A DNA stretch of 64,000 bases from an uncultured Verrucomicrobiae bacterium. GTDB taxonomy: Bacteria > Verrucomicrobiota > Verrucomicrobiia > Limisphaerales > AAA164-E04. Location of the stretch: the NCBI GenBank assembly GCA_951813855.1, contig OX638380.1, positions 2,370,876 through 2,434,875 on the forward strand, written 5' to 3'. How positions within the stretch are numbered: position 1 is the stretch's first letter; the number at the start of each line of letters is the position of its first letter. A model generated the notes under the pieces. It was given only the letters and a program-made list of their open reading frames with translations, did no database searches and was not told the DNA's origin. The position numbers and the translations under genes are program-made. Below, piece by piece: positions 10,122-21,024 of this stretch.

Positions 10122-10890
10122 TAGATGAACATGCGGCTCGATTCGGTGATCAGCAACATTATGGGCAAAAGCGGACTGGCGATCCTGGGTGCGATCGTCG
10201 AGGGCGATCGGGAACCCGCGGCATCTGGCGACGTTGCGGAATCACCTCATCAAGGCTTCGGAGGATCGGGTTGCCGCGAGTCTGGAAGGGACGTAGCGCA
10301 GGGAGCGTCTGATGACCTCAAGGAGGGTCTGAAGCACTGCGATTTCATCGATCGTCGGATCGGGATCCTGAAGCGGACCGTTCAAGCCGAGCTGAAAGCG
10401 CTGGCGAAAACCTCAGACGAGAAATCGGCGTCGACCTCGGATTCTCCTTCGGGAACTTCGTATTCGGCCCCGAACTCCATCCTCGGCGCCAAGGACTTCG
10501 ACAGAAATTCTCGAACGGGACGCGCACGGCTGGCTCAAGATCTTCCTGGGCGTGGGTTTGACGGCGATTCCGACCATCGGGGTAGAGACGACGCTTCTGG
10601 GCGCCGCCGAAATCGGTCCCGATTTGACCTCTTCCTTCCTGATGCGAGAGCATTTCTATTCTTGGGGGCTGGGCTAGCGCCGGGAAAATACATCAACGGG
10701 GATCGACAGTTGCGTTCCCAGGGAAGAACTCCGGTCAATCGGGTGGGCCAGGCCCTGAATCATCGCCCTTGCCTACGTGGCACTGCCACCGGCGGTGTCG
10801 TAGTGGACATCGTTTTCGAGAGCACCCGGCTCATCTTCTCACGCTGGCAGATCCAATGCAAAACACTAATGGATTATCACTTGACACCAT
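10122..10890 (+). pseudogene. IS110-family transposase remnant (central and C-terminal part)
   Basis: NMRLDSVISNIMGKSGLAILGAIVEGDREP and PDARAF...GLAPGKYING...NRVGQAL resemble IS110 central and Tnp segments. Frameshifted, and the RuvC N-terminus is missing. Confidence 0.7.
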
Positions 10891-10909
10891 CGCCAAGGTT
10901 TGATAGATT
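10881..10909 (+). promoter_or_regulatory. Sigma70-type promoter at the end of the IS110 remnant, pointing at the prepilin-like gene
   Basis: TTGACA (10881..10886), 17 bp, TAGATT (10904..10909), with an extended -10 TG at 10901..10902. Confidence 0.55.
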
Positions 10910-11104
10910 ACCCTTGTACCCAGTGAACCGATGATGCTTTCGCCGGACATATGTTCTCACCAACGGAGGTGCTCTAACCTCTCTCCGCTGCAGCACTCCA
11001 CTAATCATAGGAAGAGCGGAGCTCGACCGGAAGAAGGGGGGAATATAACGCAATAGTCCCGGCGATCGAATTTGATATGATCCCATTCACTAGCTTTAGA
11101 AATC

Positions 11105-11902
11105 ATGAAGATTTACAGATCTGGATTCACCTTGGTGGAGTTGTTGGTGACGATTGCCGTGATTGCCATCCTGGCGGCGCTTCTTTTCCCCGCTCTGAAT
11201 TATGCCAAGCGCAAGGGAAAGAGCATCCTCTGCATCTCAAACTACCGACAGTTCGGGTTAGCCTTTGAGATGTACGCTACGGACCATTCGGGTCTCGTGC
11301 TGCCCAATCAAGACGGTCGAGAAATGCCCAATGGGGAACGGATACCGCTGGGCTTCACTTGGGTGCAAGGCTGGTTGGGACACCCGGGACATTCCGATGT
11401 AACCAACACCGCTTTCCTCAAGGAGAGCCTGTTGGCTCCCTATGTCAATGACGTGAAACTGTGGCGCTGTCCCTCACAGCCCCTGGCAAAACTGGAATTC
11501 GATGATAATGTCATCCGTGAGGGCAGAAGCAGAACCATTTCCCTCAATTGCTTCATGGGTTACGATGGATTGGGCACCTATGCCGCGAAAACCTACCTCT
11601 ATATTTCGGAGATCCGGGAGCCATCCAGGCGCTTTACCTTCGCTGAAGAACGAGTGGAAACTATTAACGATGCCTCCTTCGGAATGCAGTGGGCCTTCTC
11701 TCCTGACAATCCCTTGACTTGGATGCTGAGGGACAAACCAACTGTCATTCATGCCGGAGGGGCGCATTTCGCCTTCGCCGACGGACACGTGGAACAGAAG
11801 CGATGGGAGGATTCCCGCACCCAAGATCCGCCTAAGGATGATGTTCAGATGCCAAACAACCTAGATATTCTCTGGATGCAAAAGCATGCCACCTCTCGAT
11901 AA
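11105..11902 (+). CDS. Prepilin-type N-terminal cleavage/methylation protein with H-X9-DG motif (PVC DUF1559-like)
   Basis: RSG-FTLVELLVTIAVIAILAALLFPAL at the N-terminus, CISNYRQ, and IHAGGAHFAFADGHVE at the C-terminus. Confidence 0.9.
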   Translation: MKIYRSGFTLVELLVTIAVIAILAALLFPALNYAKRKGKSILCISNYRQFGLAFEMYATDHSGLVLPNQDGREMPNGERIPLGFTWVQGWLGHPGHSDVTNTAFLKESLLAPYVNDVKLWRCPSQPLAKLEFDDNVIREGRSRTISLNCFMGYDGLGTYAAKTYLYISEIREPSRRFTFAEERVETINDASFGMQWAFSPDNPLTWMLRDKPTVIHAGGAHFAFADGHVEQKRWEDSRTQDPPKDDVQMPNNLDILWMQKHATSR

Positions 11903-12049
11903 GAGATTATCCTCGATTAGTCTAAAGTTCTAACTTGATTTCGCACTCCCCAGTTCCATTCCCAAGTATGACAGCACCGTCCCCTCCCTAGGTTGGGCGC
12001 AGTCCGTCCGGAGAAAGGTGACAGTGGGACCCAATAAGGAGTACGAGGA

Positions 12050-12442
12050 TTGCTGAATCACGGTCTTAAGTTCTTGGCGACGGGTATGTCCGGGATACTG
12101 GTGGACATGGCTCTGCTTTGGGTGCTGGTCGAATTTCTTGAGGTTCCCATTTCCCTAGCCAAGGCCATGGCTGCCGAAATGGCTATGATCAACAATTTCA
12201 CTTGGAATCATCTGTGGACCTTCAGTGGCCGCCAATCTCGTCAGTTCTCCTTAATCGTTCGTTTTCTCCGTTTCAACCTGGTGTGCGGCATTGGCATTCT
12301 GATCGCCATCCTAGTCCTTCACATTCTCCACCACCACTTCAACATCAATCTTTATCTGGCTAACTTTGCTGCCATCATTATATCGGCTGGGTGGAACTTT
12401 CTCCTCTCCCTTGCCTATGTCTGGAATTCTGAAACCGAGTGA
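12050..12442 (+). CDS. GtrA-family membrane protein (lipid-linked sugar translocation)
   Basis: 130 aa with 4 TM segments and the GtrA signature LKF...G...VD...NNFTWNHLWTF...RF...WNF. TTG start with an AAGGAG SD upstream. Confidence 0.85.
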   Translation: MLNHGLKFLATGMSGILVDMALLWVLVEFLEVPISLAKAMAAEMAMINNFTWNHLWTFSGRQSRQFSLIVRFLRFNLVCGIGILIAILVLHILHHHFNINLYLANFAAIIISAGWNFLLSLAYVWNSETE

Positions 12443-12892
12443 ATGTTGTTGACTGTTTCTGGTGGCAGCTTATCATGATTGAAACCATCCGCATGCATCT
12501 GTGCAGATCTTAAATTTACGATCATCTGGAATACGCTCTATGAGATACTTGCAAAACCGCTTTTTTCAAACCGAGAAAAGAGAAAAAGGCGTTGTTTCGC
12601 CCCAACCCTGGCCCGAACCATCGTCGGCACAGCCGCCGATCTGGAGCCTCCGGGATCGCTGCGAACCAAACCGATTAGTTAATTACCGGAATAAATTCCA
12701 GGTCACGGGTAAGCCGACATTAGACTTTAAATGCATTGATGGATGGTCCTACCCTGTATGTGCGAAAAACCATCGCCGATGGTTTAGAACCGACATCGAC
12801 GCCTCCACTAGCACTCGTAATAAAATGGCACCAGCATTAACGAAACCAATAATAGCAAGAGTTTGCGAAGGTTATTCTCAATCTTGGGGTAA

Positions 12893-14143
12893 ATGAACTG
12901 CATTATTGAACAAGCTCGGCATCCTGAGGAGAGGGGATTTTCTGTCTTGCAATTCTTGGCTGGAGTCAGTATTGCCAAGCTGCTTTACCTTGTATTAGTC
13001 TCCTTGATGTCTCTACTTTATCCGAGTTTTGAAACCTCCAAGGCATTGAGTATTCGGCAAAGCTGGTTTCCAGACATCTGGATGCAGAAGGAACGTTCTT
13101 CACTAGAGAACCTCTTTGCCACTTGGGATGCTGAACACTATCTGTATCTCGCAGAGTATGGATATGATCAAGGAGTCAAATCTTGCGCCTTCTACCCTCT
13201 ATGGCCAATGGCTATTTATGCTACTGTGAGGGTTTGTGGGGGTAGTTATATTCTCTGGGGAATGATTCTCAGCAACTTATTCTCTTTGTTGGGATGGTGT
13301 CTGTTTTACTTTTTGGCCAGAAAACGATTTGGGGAAGCCGTAGCCCGATGCTCCACTCTCATGCTGGTTCTATTCCCGGGCAGCTTATTCTACCAGTTCA
13401 TCTACACCGAATCGCTCTTCTTCCTTCTGCTGATGCTGTTGTGGCATGGAATGGAACATCGAAAATATCTCATTGCCATCACCGCTGCTCTATTGTTGCC
13501 CCTGACCCGCGGTGTGGGTCTTTTTGCCATAATTCCCATCGGATGGCATCTCCTGCTTTTGACCCCGAAGAGTTGCCTCCCTCCTTGGAAATGGATATCG
13601 AGAGAACGCTTGCGAATAACCGATGGCCAGAAGGTGGAGATCAGTGAGTATGTCCAATGCTTTGCTTTAATACTAGCACCTGCAGCTGGTTGGGGACTCT
13701 ATCTAGCACTAATGCGATACTGGACTGGCAATCCTCTCGAGGGTGTTGAAGCGCAAAAATACTGGGGACATGTCCATTCCATCGGCAACTTATTCAATCT
13801 CCCAAAATTCATCCAAGGGTGGTTCGATGTCAACCATGTGCATGACTTCCATCATTCGATGATCGATCGGATCGCCTTTTTTTTCGTGGTGACCCTGATT
13901 CCCGCACTTTGGTGGCGATGCAAAGATATGTTGCCATGGTTCTATATGCTGTGTATCCTGCCTGCCATGAGCGGAACCTATACTTCCTACACCCGATTTC
14001 TATCGGTAGCCTTTCCTATCTTTCTAACCTTGGGTTGGTTAGCTAAAGAGTCGCGGCGGGTGAGATATCTGTATCTGATAGTGTTTGTCCTTATACACTG
14101 GTGGTTGCTATGGAGATTCGTCAACTATCGATGGGCAGGATAG
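12893..14143 (+). CDS. GT-C superfamily membrane glycosyltransferase (PIG-V/mannosyltransferase-like)
   Basis: WDAEHYLYLAEYGY, AFYPLWP, FPGSLFYQFIYTESLFFLL and LTRGVG motifs in a polytopic membrane protein. Confidence 0.8.
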   Translation: MNCIIEQARHPEERGFSVLQFLAGVSIAKLLYLVLVSLMSLLYPSFETSKALSIRQSWFPDIWMQKERSSLENLFATWDAEHYLYLAEYGYDQGVKSCAFYPLWPMAIYATVRVCGGSYILWGMILSNLFSLLGWCLFYFLARKRFGEAVARCSTLMLVLFPGSLFYQFIYTESLFFLLLMLLWHGMEHRKYLIAITAALLLPLTRGVGLFAIIPIGWHLLLLTPKSCLPPWKWISRERLRITDGQKVEISEYVQCFALILAPAAGWGLYLALMRYWTGNPLEGVEAQKYWGHVHSIGNLFNLPKFIQGWFDVNHVHDFHHSMIDRIAFFFVVTLIPALWWRCKDMLPWFYMLCILPAMSGTYTSYTRFLSVAFPIFLTLGWLAKESRRVRYLYLIVFVLIHWWLLWRFVNYRWAG

Positions 14144-14215
14144 TTACAGGGGCTCCCACTAGCCGAATCACTAGTTGTTAATTTAGACCACTATCGGTTA
14201 TTACGGACATAAATT

Positions 14216-16607
14216 CAGACTTCCTGACCTTGCTAAATTTGTTTTGTGCATTATTTTCAATTCGCGAGTTCGTAAATCATTCGAAGATCTGTCCCAGGAT
14301 AAGTCGCGCCTAATCCATTCAATTCGGAAAATAATCCGTTGAGCGCTTGATCTAATCCAGTGCTGCCAAGCCCAAGAACTCGAACCCGTAATGACTTCGC
14401 TTGATCTTCAGGAATAATATTGGCTTTGGCCCGATATAAAGCTTGAAGCAGTTTGCGAGCGTTGCGCTTTTTTCCTTGAGCCAGGATAATCGGGCTCATC
14501 ATTCGTACTTCGGTTCGATAAGCCATCATCCGGATCGTATCATAGATTAATCGATCGACGGACGGCAAGGTTTGCAGTGGTTCTGATAACTGTCCATTTT
14601 TGACGTGCGTCGGGGTTGCTTCGAGCTTTGTTTTTAAGGTTTGCGCTTCGGATTCGGCTTGGGCTGATTCAGATTCATATTTCATTCGAACGTTTCTTGA
14701 CAAAGCCGGTTCAGCCAATCGATTTCTGAGTCGGCCTGGCCGAAGCTTGGTTAGTTTCATTTCTTTGTTCAGTTGTCGAGCTTCGGGATTGACGACTCGG
14801 GCTTCAGGATCGATTTCTTCGAGACCCTGAGTGGTTAAGGAATCCAAATTAAATTCTTGTCGCATATATTTAAAGAAGTTTTCTTGAGACCACCTTGAAA
14901 ACATTGCTCCAGCGACTTGGGGCCTCGACAGAGTCGGATGGGTAGTCACCATTGACAACTGCCTGCCATCTTCAAGCCGTCTTCTGATTTCCCTGACGTT
15001 CAGGCGTTTGGTTAGTGGCATGGTTTGTTCGGCCAACCACATTTTTCTCGTGAGAGTTTCCGCCGGGCCGTACCGGGGGACTTCGGTTTCCCGGAAGGCG
15101 GTTGCCGACCAATCTTCGCTTTGCCGATTCTTGGTCCAAGTAATCACCGCGATGCCGGCTTTGGCTAGATTCTCAAATAATTTCGGAGACCATCCTTCGC
15201 GATCGAATACTAAAGTAACCGAGGGATCAATCGAAGTGGTTCGGGTCAGGTCAGGACCCGGTTCTCCCACTTTCCCGTTCTGTCTCAATTCCGGGACGAT
15301 CACTTGTTCGATCATTGCCACCATTTTGGGGTCGAGAGCTTGATGCAGGCACATCAAAGGACTGCCTCCCAAGGCATCAAGCCAATAACCCGCCGTAGCG
15401 GGAAGACATAGCTTCTCTCGCGAGACATAGTGCTTGGGAAGCTTTCCCCGGCGACCGGTATCAACCTTGGAATGCCCATCGACTAACAAAGTCGCCGCGG
15501 CATTCTGCGGTTGGTTCATCCAATCACGGAACACGTTCTTTTGCCAAGTCCGAACCGACCATTCGTTTTCGGACAGATGGCGTAATTTCCCTCGCAAGGT
15601 CTTAACTTCAGGGCATCGGTCCAAGCCCAGGATAATTCCCCATTCGCCCGGGGCTTCATAGCGGATAGCTTCAGGATTCCGAACCCTGGCCAAACTGAGA
15701 AAGGCGAGAAAATTCAAAATCGTCGTCACGCCGTAATAACCTTTCGAAAGCTTCAGATATTCGTTGACCCCATGATGCAATCCTTCTTGAATCAAGATCG
15801 GCAAGGCGGTTAGGACGCCACCGTTTTCCACGGCTTTATGGGTCTTGTCGAAAGTAGGCTTTGCCGCCGCCAATTTCCCCTTGGCAGCCAACTGACGCCC
15901 CATCACGTCATGAGTCGCACGACCTCTCGACGTCTGCCGGTCCTTGGTATTTCGTTCGGAACGTTCCGTGGCCTTAGCCAGCTTTTTCTCGGTTTCGAGA
16001 GCCTCCGTCTTCAAAGGCTTTGACGGCACTTGAATCAGTCCCGCTTTACAACCCAAATGAAAGGTGACCGGATTGATTCCCAGAACCTTGGCGGCACCGC
16101 GTTGACTCTTCCCCTCGGCTAGCAGTTGAATTCCTGATTCAATGATCTTTGGAGTCAGAACTGTGCGGCCTCGACCCGTTTTTTTTTTCAAAGAAAGAAG
16201 CCATTCCCTTGGCACGGAATTGAGCCGAGGTAGACGACACCGTGTTTCGATGGACTCCAAACACTTCGGTCAAACGTTTCTGAGAAATCTTATTCGTCAC
16301 ATGAAGCATGCCAATGATCAGGCGCCGCGAAGCCTGGTCTTTATCGGCATGCTGAAATATCGGTTCCAAATCGGAAAAATAACAGGTCATGCCGTCTTGC
16401 GATGACATCGCAATTTGGCCATCGATAACGATCGCATTTTGAGGCTGAGAATCGAAATTAAACGAGTTCCGTGATTCGCATTTGTGCACAATTGTATTAT
16501 TAGCACAAAATTTCGAAATGTCAACCGCATTTTTCGAAAAAAGCTGATTTTATTGGCTTTTGATGAATTTTAATCGTTTCTATGGTTAGGTCATGTCAGG
16601 AAGTCTG
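14216..16607 (-). mobile_element. Large DDE insertion sequence of unclear family
   Basis: Perfect 13-bp TIRs CAGACTTCCTGAC (14216..14228) and GTCAGGAAGTCTG (16595..16607). 5-bp TSD AAATT at 14211..14215 and 16608..16612. Confidence 0.9.
14257..16489 (-). CDS. Transposase split into two frames at an A10 run
   Basis: ORF 16139..16489 and ORF 14257..16260 overlap across T10 at 16179..16188 (plus strand), and removing one base fuses them. Candidate triad LLVDGH / LVFDRE / RWSQENFF. Confidence 0.75.
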
Positions 16608-16645
16608 AAATTGGGAGAAAACAAGTAATTATCTGGCATCAAACG

Positions 16646-16686
16646 ATGAAAAAGCACGTGATTTCGCTGCTTTTACCGTTGATTTT
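16646..16686 (+). pseudogene. Stub of a signal-peptide gene truncated by the IS256 left end
   Basis: ATG AAA AAG CAC... (MKKHVISLLLPLIL) runs straight into the IS256 end sequence at 16687. Confidence 0.35.
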
Positions 16687-16792
16687 GCTTGTGTCCCATT
16701 TGGAGCCTCCGGGAATCGAAAGATTTCGAGTGATCGGTCTCCTCCATGGACTTTCGGCAGATTGGGATCATCGCCCAACCAGGGAAGAAATA

Positions 16793-17944
16793 TCAATCAT
16801 TGCAAAAGTAATGTCATGTAATTATATATCGAGTATCATCCAATTTAAAGTATGATTGGAACATTCCCATTTTCTTTTGGATGGATTGCATAATGTTTTG
16901 AATTTTCTGTTGCATCGTCTTTTTGTTGGGTATCATTATTTTAGCTAATCTTTGCTTTAAATGGTTCCAAACCTGCTCATCGGGATTTAATTCAGGGCTG
17001 TATGGAGGAAGATATTTCATTTCAATATTATCGTTTTCGGCTACGAACTCTTGGGTATAATCTGCTGTATGATAGCTGGCGTTATCACAAACAACAATTA
17101 TTTTCCGTCCCACATCCTTAGAGAGTTTCGATAAAAACTCACAAAAACGCTGGGCATTCATTTTTCCTTTGAAAATGTTAAATATCATCCGCCCGTCAGC
17201 GGATATGGCTGAAACTAGTTTAATCGAATAGCGATCCCCGGCATCTCGAACTACCGGCGTGACACCGATTCGAGACCAAGTGGTTCCTCGATGATAATCA
17301 GCTCGGACTGGCGCTTCATCCAAAAAGAGAATTAGGGCATTCTCTTGCTCAGCTCGTTGTTTCAAGCCTGGAAACATCTCCAGATACCGTTTGATTTTCT
17401 TTTGGTTTTGTTTGTAAGACTTGTGGATGGGGCGCTGGGGAGTTAATCCCATAGAATGAAGCAATCGACTGATGGTGGAAACGTGAACCGACACCCCGAA
17501 TTGTTGTTTCAATAACACTTGCATGGTTTTGAGACTCCACAGGCAAAAGTCGAATTGAAATTGCTTGGGATTTCCCATAGTCACCGCGTTGTATAACCAT
17601 TGAGCCATTTCTTCTGTAATCTTACGGGGACGTCCTGATTTAGGATTGTCTTTGAGTCCTTCGTAACTCCCAGTCGAAAACCAAACGAGCCAGCGAAATA
17701 CTGTGCGTGCAGACATACCCATTACACTGACAACTTCAGCTACGGTTGAGCCATTTTTAACAGCTTCTACCGCAGTTGTTCGTAGTTCATAGGTATAGTG
17801 ATTACGAGAAAATTGAGTTGGTTTATCGTTCACGTATTTATAGACATTCTCAATACAAAAAACGTTGCAAAAAAAATAAATATTTTTCATTTTTCGGATT
17901 AATAAATTCCTGATCAATTATGACATTACTTTTGCAAAGATTGA
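16793..17944 (-). mobile_element. IS630-family element (AT-rich)
   Basis: 25-bp TIRs TCAATCATTGCAAAAGTAATGTCAT and ATGACATTACTTTTGCAAAGATTGA (one mismatch). TA duplication at 16791..16792 and 17945..17946. The empty site GAAGAAATATTGGAGC is visible in copy 1 near 5440. Confidence 0.95.
16814..17833 (-). CDS. IS630-family transposase, intact
   Basis: HTH, KSGRPRK, FLDEA, VCDNASYH and PYSPELNPDEQVW motifs. The start is uncertain; the GTG at 17833 is chosen. Confidence 0.92.
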   Translation of the reverse strand: MNDKPTQFSRNHYTYELRTTAVEAVKNGSTVAEVVSVMGMSARTVFRWLVWFSTGSYEGLKDNPKSGRPRKITEEMAQWLYNAVTMGNPKQFQFDFCLWSLKTMQVLLKQQFGVSVHVSTISRLLHSMGLTPQRPIHKSYKQNQKKIKRYLEMFPGLKQRAEQENALILFLDEAPVRADYHRGTTWSRIGVTPVVRDAGDRYSIKLVSAISADGRMIFNIFKGKMNAQRFCEFLSKLSKDVGRKIIVVCDNASYHTADYTQEFVAENDNIEMKYLPPYSPELNPDEQVWNHLKQRLAKIMIPNKKTMQQKIQNIMQSIQKKMGMFQSYFKLDDTRYIIT

Positions 17945-18637
17945 TATTGGAGCTGAACGATCCGAACTAACCGAGACCAGATCCTCCCGAGTTAGACGGT
18001 GATCCGAATCTGCTCCGGGAAATGATACGCCAACAGGCGCAACCGATCATGGAAGAGGAAGTCGCAGCCTTGATCGGGGCGGCGTCAGGCGAAAATAATC
18101 CCGAACGCACCACGTGGCGCAATGGCTATCGAGCTTATAGCGCGTCAATTACAATGCGACACTTGGGGCACGAGGCGCAAGCGTCATTGCATCGGTCGTA
18201 GGAGGCTTATTGCCTGACGGATTTGGGACGGTCAAGCGGAAAACTAAAGATCAAGGGAAGCGACGAGCATCCCGCGAAGGGGGGCGACGGTTCAAGGATG
18301 GACTGGCACCGTGACGCAGCGAGCGGACTACTCGGATCCGGGAGATGACAATGGCTCCGATTAAAACTGCTTGGAAAAGAAAACTACTTGGGGAAAAGGA
18401 AGGGGAGTTGTTTCTCGGGATCAACCTCGCGTCTGAAATGGCTCACCGTCATCATTTGCGCCCTGTGACCAGAGTGCGCCGGAATGGGGAAGGATGACCG
18501 GGCGAGCGGCCTTCGAGGTCGGGCGTCAACCGTCGAACCTTGCTCCGCTGGTTCGGCAACTTCGGGACCGGCCTCCGGATTCTCTTTCTCGTGGGCTGTT
18601 GGCTCCCTGAACGGTGGCGACGGGAACGAGACCGCGG

Positions 18638-19513
18638 TCAAGTCGAGGATCGAGATTCCCGAGCCGTGGGAGTGGCTGGTGAAGAGTCGGTTGTGGCGGA
18701 AAGGTTGACGCTGTGAGACGGCTCGGCAGCACCGTCGGCCCGGTGATGTTCCAAAGCGGTGCGGCACCGATAGCTTTGGGTGTTGATCTCGAAGATGGTG
18801 GCATGATGGACGAGTCGATCGACCGCGGCGGCGGCGGTGGCCTGGTCGGGAAAGATTCGATTCCATTGAGCGAAGGGCAGATTGGCGGTGAGGAGGATGG
18901 AGCGTTGTTCGTAGCGATAGGAGATCAGTTCGAAGAGGACGGCGCTTTCTTCCCGGTCGCGGTTGACGCAGGCGAAATCGTCGAGGATGAGGAGGTGGAA
19001 CTTGTGGCGACGCGCGAGCAGTCCATCGAGATCGAGATTGCGTTGAGCGACCTGCATTTTCTGGACGAGGCTGGAGGTTCCGGTGAAGAGCACCTTGAGG
19101 CCTTGGCGCACGAGGGAGAGGCCGATGGCGGAGGCGAGGTGGCTCTTGCCGACGCCGGGGGGCCCGAAGATGAGGAGGTTGGCTCCATTGCGGATCCAGC
19201 TCTCTTCGGAGGCGAAGGCCTGAACGCGTGCTTTGGGCGGGGACGGGATGAGGCTGAAATCGAATCCTTCGAGATTCTTGCCGGGGAGGAGTTTGGCCTG
19301 CCGGGTATGTCGGTCGATGCGCCGGTTGTCCCTTTCGGTCAATTCGAGTTCGGCGAGGGAGAAGAGGAATTTGGACGCCGGCCAACCTTCCTTGTCGGCG
19401 CGTTGAGCCAGGATCCGCCACTCGGTCTCGATGGAGGGCAGTCGCAGCTCGGAGAGCATGAGGGAAAGTCGGTCGGAATCGACGGCCTGTGGCGGTGTAG
19501 AGCGGATGGTCAT
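18638..19513 (-). CDS. istB: IS21 helper ATPase
   Basis: LSELRLP, GPPGVGKSHLASA (Walker A), LLILDDF (Walker B) and DRLVHHA motifs. Confidence 0.93.
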   Translation of the reverse strand: MTIRSTPPQAVDSDRLSLMLSELRLPSIETEWRILAQRADKEGWPASKFLFSLAELELTERDNRRIDRHTRQAKLLPGKNLEGFDFSLIPSPPKARVQAFASEESWIRNGANLLIFGPPGVGKSHLASAIGLSLVRQGLKVLFTGTSSLVQKMQVAQRNLDLDGLLARRHKFHLLILDDFACVNRDREESAVLFELISYRYEQRSILLTANLPFAQWNRIFPDQATAAAAVDRLVHHATIFEINTQSYRCRTALEHHRADGAAEPSHSVNLSATTDSSPATPTARESRSST

Positions 19514-21024
19514 GGCGAGAGGCGGTTGCCGAGCAGATTGGAGTACTGACCGAGGTTGCCCACGGCGACGTCTTGAGGAGGCATGGAAGGCTCCTGGAAC
19601 GCAAAGCGAGTTCTCAGGGACTCGACGTCGGGGAGGGAGCCGGTCCGGAGCGATGCTTCGATGGCGTCGGCGATTTCCGCTTCGCAGCCATTTTCGTGAG
19701 CCAAGGCAAGGAAATCGACGGTGAGACGGCACGCTTGTCTTTCGCTCACGGATTCCATCGCTTGATCGAAGAAGTGGCGATAAGCATCTCGAGGAAAGAG
19801 CTCATTGCGGTAGGTCAGACGTGCCAGAGCCATGGGTTTGCGCTTCAGAGACTGGATGACGTGCCGATAATCGATGACGTTGGGACGGTGGGTCCGATGT
19901 CCTCGAGGCAGGGTTTCGATCCTCGTTTCTCCCTGGAAGAGTTCGATCCGGTCATCGAAGATGCGAGCCTTGAGCCGGTAGCCGATGAGTCGCGAAGGCA
20001 CTGAGTAGTAAACCTTTCGAATGCGGAAGCCGGCGGTGCTGGTCACCGTAACCATGACCTCTTCGCAGTCGCAAGGATTCGACGGCGGCAGCGGGTTCAG
20101 ATGGCCCCGTTCGGTCTCGATGTCCTTCGCCACCCTGGCGTTTTCACGAGCGACGATATCCGCGACGAAGGTTCGGTAGGCGTCCAGGCATTCGAACTAC
20201 CGGGATCCTCGAAGTTCCAGTTCGCCTCGAACCCGGTCCTTGAGATGACGGTGCGCGCTTTCGATGGCGCCGTTCTCGTGGGCGACGCCCCGGTTGTTGC
20301 GGGACGGTTTCATCCCGTAGTGTTCGCACAAGGCCTTGAAGCGCCCGGTCAAGTCCTCCGCTACGTCCTGGGCCAGATTGCGGAAGGCCGCGGAGAGACT
20401 GTCGGTTCGGAGCTCGTGGGGGACTCCGCCCAGTTCGGCGAAGGCACCCTGAATTCCCTCGGCCAAGGCAGTAAAGGACTCGCCATTAACGACCACGGAG
20501 ACGAATCGGTAGCACGACCATGGGAGGCGAAAGTGGCAGAACAGGTGCCGGAACGATTCTCCCTGGATGGTGACTTCCCCGGACTCCAGGTGGGTAAAGT
20601 CGGCAATGGCGAACGTGCCGGCAGGCCGCTTCGTCTGCGGGAACATGACTTCCTTTTCCGCACCGTTTTGGGCTCGCCACGCCCGAATCCGCCGTTCCAG
20701 GGTCCGGCGGTAGTTCGGCTTGAATTCCGGTTCGGTGTTCCGCAAATCGTGGAACACCGTGATGGGCTTGATGTCGGGACATCTCTCCAGAATGGGGACG
20801 ACCTTGGATTCGAAGAACGTGGCCAGGGGATCCGGGCGAGTGCGTTGGCGGGGCGGGGAATCCTCCGATGGTTTATTCCCGGCTTGGTCCTTGGCCTTTT
20901 CTAAGGTCCGATAGCCCGTTGATCAGTGGACCCCGATGGCGGCGGCGGCGGACGCGACTCCTTTTTTCGTGCGCAGTTGCATGAACAGTTTCTTCTGCTG
21001 AGGTGTGACTCGTCGTTTGGTCAT
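19510..21024 (-). pseudogene. istA: IS21 transposase, inactivated
   Basis: RTRPDPL, IADFTH, RTDSLSAA, NNRGVAHENGAIESAH and YSVPSRLIG motifs. In-frame TGA after about 33 codons and a frameshift near 20190. Confidence 0.88.

Noticed and set aside
12479-12892. Short ORFs between gtrA and the GT-C gene as a GtrB remnant
   Set aside because: No GT2 motifs. Only a 14-bp match (TGGAGCCTCCGGGA) to the IS256 end region, which suggests debris.
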